A DNA stretch of 64,000 nucleotides, taken from the NCBI GenBank assembly GCA_048173955.1, contig DBEYOB010000046.1:12413-76412 (forward strand), in the 5' to 3' direction. Positions 56,908 through 64,000 of this stretch are shown here, in pieces (positions within the stretch are counted from its first letter, which is position 1; every line of letters begins with the position of its first letter). Source of the DNA: Coriobacteriales bacterium. Lineage in GTDB: Bacteria > Actinomycetota > Coriobacteriia > Coriobacteriales > UMGS124. The position numbers and the translations under genes were made by a program. The notes beneath the pieces were generated by a model. It searched no databases. It was not told the DNA's origin and worked only from the letters and a program-made list of their open reading frames with translations.

Positions 56908-58611
56908 ATGGACAAGATCAGCTCCAAGCCGGTGAGCCGCCGCACGTTCATCACCACCGCCAGCGCCACCGCGGCCTTTGCGGCCGCCGCCAGCGCCGCC
57001 GGCATCGCCCTGGCCGACGAGGCCGCCGAGTCGGCCGACTCCAGCAAGCCGGTCGCCGAGGGCTCCCTCGCCGGCGAGCAGGCTGTCGCCGGCACCGCCA
57101 ACGCCAGCTTCCCCACCAACGACCCCAACCTGTTTGCCCCCTGCGCCGCCGGCGAGGGCGAGATCGCCTTTGTGGCCGAGCCCATCGCCGACGACGAGAT
57201 CGTGGCCACCTACGACGTCGACGTCGTGGTGTGCGGCCTGGGCCACGCCGGCACGCTGGCCGCCCTGTCCTGCGCCGACCACGGCCTGAACGCCGTGGCC
57301 GTCGAGAAGCGCGGCATCGCCAACGTCTGCTCGGCCACCATCGGCGGCACCACCTCCAAGCTGCACCAGTACTGGGGCGTCTCCTTCGACGAGAAGGAGT
57401 GGCTCGACGACGCCATGACCGACTGCGGCTTCCGTGGCAACATCGATCTGTACAAGCGCTACCTGGCCTGCAACGGCGAGGCCGTGGACTGGTACGTCAG
57501 CCACTTCGAGGGCAAGACCGAGGAAGACTTCCCGCTGACCTTCGCCGCCGGCGACTTCCCCGACTTCCGCGACTCCTACGACGTGACCTCGCTGTCGCGC
57601 TCGTGGAACACCTCGCTCAACCTCCCCTACACCCCCGGCGAGATGGCCGAGCTGCTGCCGCAGTGGATCGAGGCCGCCGGCGCGACGATTCGCTGGGAGA
57701 CCCCGGCCTGCCAGCTCGTGACCGACGAGTCGGGCGCCGTGACCGGCGTCATCGTGAAGAGCGCCGACGGCTATGAGAAGTACAACTGCGCCAAGGGCGT
57801 CGTGCTCGCCACCGGCGGCTACGGCTTCAACCTCGAGAAGCTGCAGCGCTGCTGCCGCCCGCGCGACCTCGCCCTGTGCGGCTGGATGAGCCCCTCGATG
57901 GGCAACACCGGCGACGGTCACGAGATGGCTGTGGCGATCGGCGCCATCGAGGACGAGTACCCGCACCCCCTCATGCTCGACCCGCAGCAGCTCATGCCCT
58001 ACCTGCGCGTGAACAAGCTCGGCAAGCGCTTCACGCCCGAGTATGAGCCCTACAACCACCTCGCCAGCGCCATCCAGGCCCAGCCCGGCGCGTGCGACTA
58101 CTACATCGTCGACGGTGACATCGCCAACAAGATCGACGCCATCTGGACGCCTTCGAGCTCCTGCTACGGCCCCAAGGACGTGTGGGTTGCCGCCGCGACC
58201 AGCGAGAACGCCTTCAAGGCCGACACCCTCGAGGAGCTCGCCGAGCTCATGGGCGTGCCCGCCGACGCGTTCGTCGAGACCATCAACCACTGGAACGAGA
58301 TGTGCGACGCCGGCGAGGACACCGACTACCACTTCCCCGGCTCGATGATGGCCAAGATCGACACCCCGCCGTTCTACGCCACCCTCGAGGGCGCCGAGGC
58401 ACTCTCCACCGCCGGTGGCCTGCAGGTCGACATCCACTCCCGCGTGCTCGACAGCAACTTCCAGCCGATTCCCGGCCTGTTCGCCATCGGCCTGACCTCG
58501 GGCGGCATGTTCCAGAACACCTATCCGCACAACCTGAACTGCCTGTCCCACACCCGCGACTGCACCTTTGGCTACCTCGTGGGCAAGTACCTCTCGGGCG
58601 ACGAGAGCTAA
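56908..58611 (+). CDS. Tat-exported FAD-dependent oxidoreductase (fumarate-reductase-like flavoprotein family)
   Basis: 567-aa ORF with an AAAGGAGGAA RBS. It has the signal MDKISSKPVSRRTFITTASATAAFAAAASAAGIALA, the motif VDVVVCGLGHAGTLAA and PPFYAT...IPGLFAIGLTSGG. Confidence 0.9.
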   Translation: MDKISSKPVSRRTFITTASATAAFAAAASAAGIALADEAAESADSSKPVAEGSLAGEQAVAGTANASFPTNDPNLFAPCAAGEGEIAFVAEPIADDEIVATYDVDVVVCGLGHAGTLAALSCADHGLNAVAVEKRGIANVCSATIGGTTSKLHQYWGVSFDEKEWLDDAMTDCGFRGNIDLYKRYLACNGEAVDWYVSHFEGKTEEDFPLTFAAGDFPDFRDSYDVTSLSRSWNTSLNLPYTPGEMAELLPQWIEAAGATIRWETPACQLVTDESGAVTGVIVKSADGYEKYNCAKGVVLATGGYGFNLEKLQRCCRPRDLALCGWMSPSMGNTGDGHEMAVAIGAIEDEYPHPLMLDPQQLMPYLRVNKLGKRFTPEYEPYNHLASAIQAQPGACDYYIVDGDIANKIDAIWTPSSSCYGPKDVWVAAATSENAFKADTLEELAELMGVPADAFVETINHWNEMCDAGEDTDYHFPGSMMAKIDTPPFYATLEGAEALSTAGGLQVDIHSRVLDSNFQPIPGLFAIGLTSGGMFQNTYPHNLNCLSHTRDCTFGYLVGKYLSGDES

Positions 58612-58695
58612 GAGATCTGTCTGCCCGACCACGGCCGACCGGTCGCAGCATGTTTGCCGACATGCGGCGTTGAGGTCTGAACGGCCGCGATGCAC

Positions 58696-58740
58696 AAGGG
58701 CCGCCCGCTTAAAAGCGGGCGGCCCTTTGTCGTTCGGCTT
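58696..58740 (+). terminator. Rho-independent terminator of the flavoprotein gene
   Basis: Stem AAGGGCCGCCCGC (58696-58708) pairs with GCGGGCGGCCCTT (58715-58727), with the loop TTAAAA. It is followed by TGTCGTTCGGCTTT. Confidence 0.65.
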
Positions 58741-58846
58741 TGCCGGAAGCGGCGAGTGCGTTGCTCGGGAGTCGCCGGGCGCCGTTCTTCGGTAGGCCGG
58801 GTAGTGCAGGGGCTTCAGCAGTTCGGAAAGTGGACTTCGGGCGGTG

Positions 58847-59091
58847 CCGTGTCACGAAAACGGCCTCTGGGTGGCCAAAAACCTCGATCGTGAAGAGCAA
58901 CGGACGGGGTGGGATGGTCGCTGGAGGGCGGAAACGGACCCCGGCGCCCACTGCGGTTCTACAGGCGAACGGCTCTGCCGGCAAAAGGCCAGGTGACGTC
59001 CGTCCCTCACCCGGCTGGGAACACTATCAATCCTATAAATCCCTTCACGATCGAACCTTTTGGCCAGGCTGGGGCGAAACTCGTGACAGGG
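58847..59091. other. 245-bp non-coding element closed by ~51-bp imperfect inverted repeats (MITE or structured RNA candidate)
   Basis: 58847-58897 and 59041-59091 are complementary at 37 of 51 positions by my count. Perfect blocks within them are GGCCAAAA/TTTTGGCC and CGATCGTGAAG/CTTCACGATCG. No convincing ORF lies in the 580-bp gap. Confidence 0.35.
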
Positions 59092-59193
59092 TTGCCTTCC
59101 GACCCGTGATAACCCGGCACGCAGCACCCGGCTTGCAGCGCCGGGTATAATCTTGCGCGACCGGACAGGGTCGACATTTTGAGGTGATGCACC

Positions 59194-59742
59194 ATGCCGC
59201 TGCCCGTCAACAGAGTCTATACGGCCGATGACTATTGGAGCCTGCCCGATGGGGTGCGGGCGGAGCTTATCGATGGCGAACTGTATGACATGGCTCCGCC
59301 AAGTCCGACCCACCAGCTGTTGGTGACGGGCCTGGCAACGGATTTCACCATCTACGTCCGCCAGCACGATGGAACTTGCAAGGTAATGGCATCCCCCGTG
59401 GCGGTCAATCTGGACGCCAACGACACGACGTGGGTTGAACCCGATGTCGTGGTGGTGTGCGATTCGAGAAAGATTTCAGACCGCGGAGTCGAAGGGGCGC
59501 CCGACTTGGTCGTCGAAGTAACCTCTCCTTCGAACTCCGGTATGGACTACGTGACAAAACTGGTACGCTACAAGCAGGCTGGCGTGCGCGAATACTGGAT
59601 TGTCGATCCTGGTTCGCAGCGCACGATCGTCTATGGCTTTGACGGGAACGATGTTGTGCTGAACGCGTATCCGTTTTCGGAACCGGTGCCGTCCGGCATA
59701 TTCGTCGGCTTGTTTGTTTCGATGCAAGGTTTGCTTGCGTGA
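59194..59742 (+). CDS. Uma2-family (DUF820) putative restriction-endonuclease-fold protein
   Basis: 182 aa with GAGGTGA upstream. The motifs are ELIDGELYDMAPPSPTHQ, PDVVVVCD, GAPDLVVEVTSPSN and YKQAGVREYWIVDP. Confidence 0.85.
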   Translation: MPLPVNRVYTADDYWSLPDGVRAELIDGELYDMAPPSPTHQLLVTGLATDFTIYVRQHDGTCKVMASPVAVNLDANDTTWVEPDVVVVCDSRKISDRGVEGAPDLVVEVTSPSNSGMDYVTKLVRYKQAGVREYWIVDPGSQRTIVYGFDGNDVVLNAYPFSEPVPSGIFVGLFVSMQGLLA

Positions 59743-59814
59743 CTCGAAGAAGCATCGCCAGCGGGACAGACCCGGCTGGGGCCGGTAGAAGGTCGGCGAA
59801 GAACGGAGGCGACC

Positions 59815-60057
59815 ATGGGCTTCTTTAGCAACTTTCGACGCGGACTCGAGGACAACTGGGCGTTCGAGGTCGCCGGCAAGCAGGTGGTCTGCTCGCATTG
59901 CGGCGGCACGGAATTCGAGCAGTCAGAGGCTCTGCTTGACTCGGCGGGCATGTCATTCGTCGGCTTCGAGTGGGCCGGTAGCAGCGCCACTGTCTTGATT
60001 TGTAAGCACTGCGGCCATGTCGAGTGGTTTCTCGACGAGCTCGGGGAGATCGAGTAG
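59815..60057 (+). CDS. Small zinc-ribbon-like protein (two CxxC pairs), function unknown
   Basis: 80 aa with ACGGAGG 6 nt upstream. The Cys pairs are CSHCGG and CKHCGH. Confidence 0.55.
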   Translation: MGFFSNFRRGLEDNWAFEVAGKQVVCSHCGGTEFEQSEALLDSAGMSFVGFEWAGSSATVLICKHCGHVEWFLDELGEIE

Positions 60058-60558
60058 CCGTGTTTGACAGCAGGGCGTCGCCTTGTCGGTGCGCAAGATA
60101 AAGTCGAAATGAAGGTCAAGTAAGTAAAGACGGGCAACGTGAGTGCAATAATCATGCTCTGGTACCGATATGCATTTTTCTGCATCAAGAGATGTTTCTG
60201 CCGCGTATTGCACGCCATATGGCACGGGGCAATGTCAGTATTCAGGGTTATCTCGGCACAAAGGGGCTCTATTCAGTGATTAAAAAGTTTGATATCTTCT
60301 GTCTTCTATAGAAAGCGCAGGCCATCTTGCTTCTCAAGACAAGGTTGCGGTGGATGCCGGGCACCGCGGTTCACGAATCCTGGGGTTTTACTAAATACTG
60401 AAATAGAAAATTACTGAATACGCGAGTTTTGGGGCGAGATAGGCCTGAAAGCTGTCAGCGCTTGGAATCGTGGCAAGCTCTACGTGGTTTGCAAATGAAG
60501 GGACCGCCCGCCCTGCCGTGCAAGGCGAGCGGCGCGTAAGCAAAGGTGCGGTCCGGCC

Positions 60559-62400
60559 TTACTCTTCGGTCGCGGCAAAGAGTCCGGCGATGTAGCCGCT
60601 CGTGATGACGCGGCCCAGGCCGTGGATGCGCTGGCCGCCCGAGGATTCGCCGGCGCAGTACAGGCCGGGGATGACCTCGCCGAACAGGTCCATGACCTGC
60701 ATCTTGCGGTTCACACGCAGGCCGGTGGTCGTGTCGTGGAAGCCGGGCGTGGACCAGGCGGCGTAGAAGGGCGGCGTGTCGATCGTCTCGGTCATGCCCT
60801 CCTTGCCGAAGTCCTCGTCGGTGCCCGCCTCGGCGAGCTCGTTGTAGCGCTCGACGGTCGCGACCAGGGTGGCCGGGTCCATCTCGATCTGCTCGTAGTA
60901 CTTGTTGACGATCTTTCCGGCGAGCTCCTCGAGCGTGTCCGCCTCGAAGAAGCGGCCGTCTGCGCGGTCGACGGTGGTGTCGTCGATGGTCCACTCCTCG
61001 CGCTCGACGGCCTTGGCGTCGAAGATCGTCCAGATGGGGCCGCCGTAGCGGTGCAGCTCGCCGTCGTCGGGGTCGACGGTCAGGACGCTCGCGAAGGCCG
61101 CCTTGTTCCACTCGGTGCTGCCGTCGGCCTCGTTGGCGAAGCGCTCGCCGAGCATGTTGACCTGCAGCAGGTTCGACCAGTCGTACACGCGCAGGCCCGT
61201 GGCGCGGCTCAGCTTGAAGAGCGGCGAGGTGGGGTACACCGTGGCGAACGAGTCGGTGTACTGCGTGCCGATCATGGCCGCCTTGGTGAGGAAGCTGTCG
61301 TCGACCACCTGGTTGGCGACGTCGCCCAGGCAGGCGCCGATCGCCATGGCCGCAATCTCGCCCGAGGCGTCCTTGGGGCAGAACGGGTCGCCCGAGGTGC
61401 AGTCGTACTCGACGGTGCGGCGCGGGTCGATCATCGTGCGGAAGTACACGTTGCCCGAGGAGCCGCCGGTGCAGATGATGACGGCCTTGTTCGCCTTGAC
61501 GTTGACCGTTTCCTTGGCCTCCTCGATGTTGCCGTCGGAGAAGGGGCTGAGCGGGGCGAGGGGCTCGGTCTCGCCGGGCAGGATGGTGGGCGAGTAGTGC
61601 GCCTGGACGCCGAGCACGCGGCCGGAGAGGTTGCCCTCGCGGTAGATCTTGTCCATGTGGTAGTTCATGAGGAACTGGGCGCCGGCCTCGCGGGCGGAGC
61701 GCTCGAGCGGGCGGGTCAGCCCGATGCCGCAGCGGTCGATGAGGGCGCCGTCCTGCGAGGGCGACAGGTAGTCGGCGTAGGAGACCCAGTCCTCGGTCGC
61801 CTGGTCGGTGAAGGTCCAGCGGGGGACGGTCTCGGGGTCGGTGCCGCCCTGCGTGTAGTCGTCGCCCTGCTTGATGGGCTCGACGTCGCGCACGATGACG
61901 CCCTTGTCCTGGATGTACTCGTAGGCCTCGACCATGTGGTCGGCGACGGAGCGCACGTAGTCGCGGTCGTTGTAGATGGATTGGCCGGTCTGGTTGGTGG
62001 TGTGGTCGATGTAGTACTGGTCGGGGGAGTCCTCGATGCCGTACCTCTTCTGGATCTCGGTACCGCAGCCGGAGTGCAGGTTGCCGCCGGAGAGCGCCGC
62101 GCGGCCGCCCACGTCGTAGTTGGCGTCGACGAAGATGACGGTGAGGCCCTCGTCGAGGCAGCGCAGCCCGGCGGGCAGGCCGGCGCCGCCGGCGCCGAGC
62201 ACCACGACGTCTGCCTCGTAGTCCCAAGCGACGTCGCTCGCGTCGGCCGTGTCGCCGCGCACGAGGTCGCCGTCGGTGACCTCGATGTTGGCGTCGACGT
62301 CGGCCAGGGCGGTGCCGGCGAGGGCGCCGGCCGCCGCGGCGCCGGCGACGCCGCATGCTGCGCCGCGCAGGAAGCTGCGGCGGGAAACGGTTTCTGACAT
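60559..62400 (-). CDS. Tat-exported FAD-dependent oxidoreductase (fumarate-reductase-like flavoprotein family)
   Basis: ORF 60559..62676, with the start at ATG 62398-62400. It has the signal MSETVSRRSFLRGAACGVAGAAAAGALAGTALA, the motif ADVVVLGAGGAGLPAG and PPFYAAW...IPGLYCAGESSGG. Confidence 0.85.
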   Translation of the reverse strand: MSETVSRRSFLRGAACGVAGAAAAGALAGTALADVDANIEVTDGDLVRGDTADASDVAWDYEADVVVLGAGGAGLPAGLRCLDEGLTVIFVDANYDVGGRAALSGGNLHSGCGTEIQKRYGIEDSPDQYYIDHTTNQTGQSIYNDRDYVRSVADHMVEAYEYIQDKGVIVRDVEPIKQGDDYTQGGTDPETVPRWTFTDQATEDWVSYADYLSPSQDGALIDRCGIGLTRPLERSAREAGAQFLMNYHMDKIYREGNLSGRVLGVQAHYSPTILPGETEPLAPLSPFSDGNIEEAKETVNVKANKAVIICTGGSSGNVYFRTMIDPRRTVEYDCTSGDPFCPKDASGEIAAMAIGACLGDVANQVVDDSFLTKAAMIGTQYTDSFATVYPTSPLFKLSRATGLRVYDWSNLLQVNMLGERFANEADGSTEWNKAAFASVLTVDPDDGELHRYGGPIWTIFDAKAVEREEWTIDDTTVDRADGRFFEADTLEELAGKIVNKYYEQIEMDPATLVATVERYNELAEAGTDEDFGKEGMTETIDTPPFYAAWSTPGFHDTTTGLRVNRKMQVMDLFGEVIPGLYCAGESSGGQRIHGLGRVITSGYIAGLFAATEE

Positions 62401-62486
62401 GGCAATGCACCTTTCTGAAGGGTGCCCGGCGCGGCGGCGTGCCCGCATCGCCGCGCCGGGCGTCTGGTTGGGGTCGGATCTGCGCG

Positions 62487-64000
62487 CTACCTGGTCGCCA
62501 GCATCTCGCCGATCGTCATGTCCTGGGCGAGGGCCTCGCCGATGAGCTGGCCGTACACCAGGGAGCGGCCCGTGGAGCAGCCGGGGCAGTGCACCGGGTA
62601 GTTGAAGCCGAAGAAGTCGCCCTGGCAGTTGCCGGCGGCGAAGAGGCCCGCGATGGGCTGGTCGTCGTCGGTGCACACCTGCGAGTCGTCGTTCACGTGC
62701 ACGCCGTAGGCGACGGCGAGGTTCGAGGCGTAGATGCGCGTGGCGTAGTAGGGGGCGGTCGTCAGCGGGTAGAGCATCTGCTCAACGACGCCGAACTGGG
62801 AGTCCACGCCCGCATCGCAGGCGGCGTTGTACGCCTCGACGCTGGCCACGAACGCCTCGGTGGGCACGCCGATCTTCTCAGCGAGCTCCTCGAGCGTGTC
62901 GGCGCTCACGAGCGTGCCGTTCTCCAGGCGTTCCTCGATCTCGCCGGGAATCGTCTCGAGCATGGTCTCGTAGCCTTGCGGGAACTGCTTCTCCACATAG
63001 GTGGCGTAGGCGCCGTCGAAGATCGACCAGGCGATGTTGCCCTTGGAGTTCATGCGCGCGTCGGTGATGAACGGCTCGAAGGGCATCTCGTTCATGAAGC
63101 GCTCGCCGTCGCTGTTCACCGCGAGCATGCTCAGGAAGAACGGCGTCATGTTGTAGCTGCGCGTGGCGATGGTGAACTGGTGGATCATGGGGGCCGCGGG
63201 GCTCTTGGAGATGCCGCCGCCGATCCACTTGGTCATGAGGATGGCGTCGCCGGTGTTGGCGCCGATGGGCAGGTAGGCGCTCTCGTCGGCGCGGTTGGCG
63301 ATGGGCGCCCAGCAGTCCACCATCTCCTGGTTGCCGGAGATGTCGCCCGTGCACAGCACCACGCCCTTGGCGGCGTTGAACTGGATGTGGTTGCCCTCGG
63401 CGTCGGTGGCGACGACGCCGGTCACGCCGTCGGCCGCGCTGCCCACGAGCTGCTCGGCGTGCGTGTTGAAGAAGAACTGGCAGCCGTTCTCGGTGGCCGA
63501 GGCGATGAGCACGTCGCCGAGGTTCTGGTGCGGCTCGAGGCCGTCGGTGCGGAAGATGCCGAACTCGGCGCTGCTGAAGCGCACGGCGTCCTGGAACACG
63601 ACGTAGCGCTCGGGCATGGTGTCCCATCCGGCCTTGGAGGTGCCGCCCGTCGAGGGCTCCACGGTCGTGTCGTACTCGGCGCACAGGTCGGTGATGTAGT
63701 CCATGACGGGGCCGGTCTGCTCGGCCCAGGTGCGGATGAGGTTGTAGTTCGCGGTCTGCTGCGAGGCGGCGTACATGAGGCGGGCGGCCTCGAGCGGGTC
63801 GATCTCGATGCCGTTGTCGGCGAGGACCTTGCTGCCGATGGCGCACATGTCGAGGCCGCAGAAGCGCCCCTTCTCGCCGCGCTCGATCACGGCGACCGAC
63901 GCGCCGCTGCGCGCGGCGGCCTGGGCGGTGCCCATGCCGGCCATGCCGCCGCCCACCACCACGATATCGAAGTCGTAGGTCTCGGCGATGTCGGTGATGG
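62487..64000 (-). CDS. FAD-dependent oxidoreductase of the same flavoprotein family, 5' end beyond the right edge
   Basis: The track ORF starts at an internal Met. The reverse-strand frame stays open to base 64000 and reads ...ITDIAETYDFDIVVVGGGMAGMGTAQAA, a dinucleotide fold. The C-terminal motifs are APYYATR and IAGLFAAGNCQG. Confidence 0.85.
   Translation of the reverse strand, partial: ITDIAETYDFDIVVVGGGMAGMGTAQAAARSGASVAVIERGEKGRFCGLDMCAIGSKVLADNGIEIDPLEAARLMYAASQQTANYNLIRTWAEQTGPVMDYITDLCAEYDTTVEPSTGGTSKAGWDTMPERYVVFQDAVRFSSAEFGIFRTDGLEPHQNLGDVLIASATENGCQFFFNTHAEQLVGSAADGVTGVVATDAEGNHIQFNAAKGVVLCTGDISGNQEMVDCWAPIANRADESAYLPIGANTGDAILMTKWIGGGISKSPAAPMIHQFTIATRSYNMTPFFLSMLAVNSDGERFMNEMPFEPFITDARMNSKGNIAWSIFDGAYATYVEKQFPQGYETMLETIPGEIEERLENGTLVSADTLEELAEKIGVPTEAFVASVEAYNAACDAGVDSQFGVVEQMLYPLTTAPYYATRIYASNLAVAYGVHVNDDSQVCTDDDQPIAGLFAAGNCQGDFFGFNYPVHCPGCSTGRSLVYGQLIGEALAQDMTIGEMLATR

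Noticed and set aside
58920-59000. Cobalamin-riboswitch-like strings (GCGCCCACTGCGG and GGCCAGGTGACG resemble B12-box fragments)
   Set aside because: Only short partial matches were found and the other conserved helices could not be located. The downstream gene (a Uma2 nuclease) is not a plausible B12-regulated target. An Infernal scan is needed before any such call.
59631-60218. 195-aa minus-strand ORF starting in the AT-rich island
   Set aside because: Most of it is antisense to the RBS-supported zinc-ribbon and Uma2 genes. It has no RBS and a low-complexity Ser/Pro/Thr composition.

Overview
GC-rich window with Actinobacteria-like codon usage. The gene content suggests a Coriobacteriia/Eggerthellaceae-type anaerobe; that assignment is an inference and was not searched. 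The window is dominated by respiratory or xenobiotic-type reductase modules. There are 8 paralogous FAD flavoprotein reductases (7 with visible twin-arginine signals; one is truncated, one carries an in-frame TAG, one runs off the right edge). There are 5 multi-pass-membrane LuxR-type regulators (one runs off the left edge, one is a fragment). Other redox loci are a LysR-controlled Tat bis-MGD molybdoenzyme with FeS subunit and TorD-like chaperone, a flavoprotein plus membrane-anchored hexaheme cytochrome c pair, and a GlcD-like dehydrogenase with EtfB and a ferredoxin-domain EtfA. Housekeeping genes include PFOR, glpK with a lipase-like hydrolase, a CoA-disulfide-reductase/rhodanese fusion, PaaK with an ACT protein, an RlmA-like methyltransferase, two TetR regulators and an aldo/keto reductase with an FeS domain. 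Accessory content includes one IS3-family element, two MITE-like palindromic repeat families, a candidate toxin-antitoxin pair, a Schlafen/AlbA_2-type gene bracketed by repeat copies, a Uma2 nuclease and several tandem repeats. The most notable structure is a 5.6-kb LysR + molybdoenzyme cassette bracketed by 230-bp direct repeats with 3 mismatches. No rRNA, tRNA or CRISPR array was recognised. All homology calls come from reading motifs in the translations; no database was searched.
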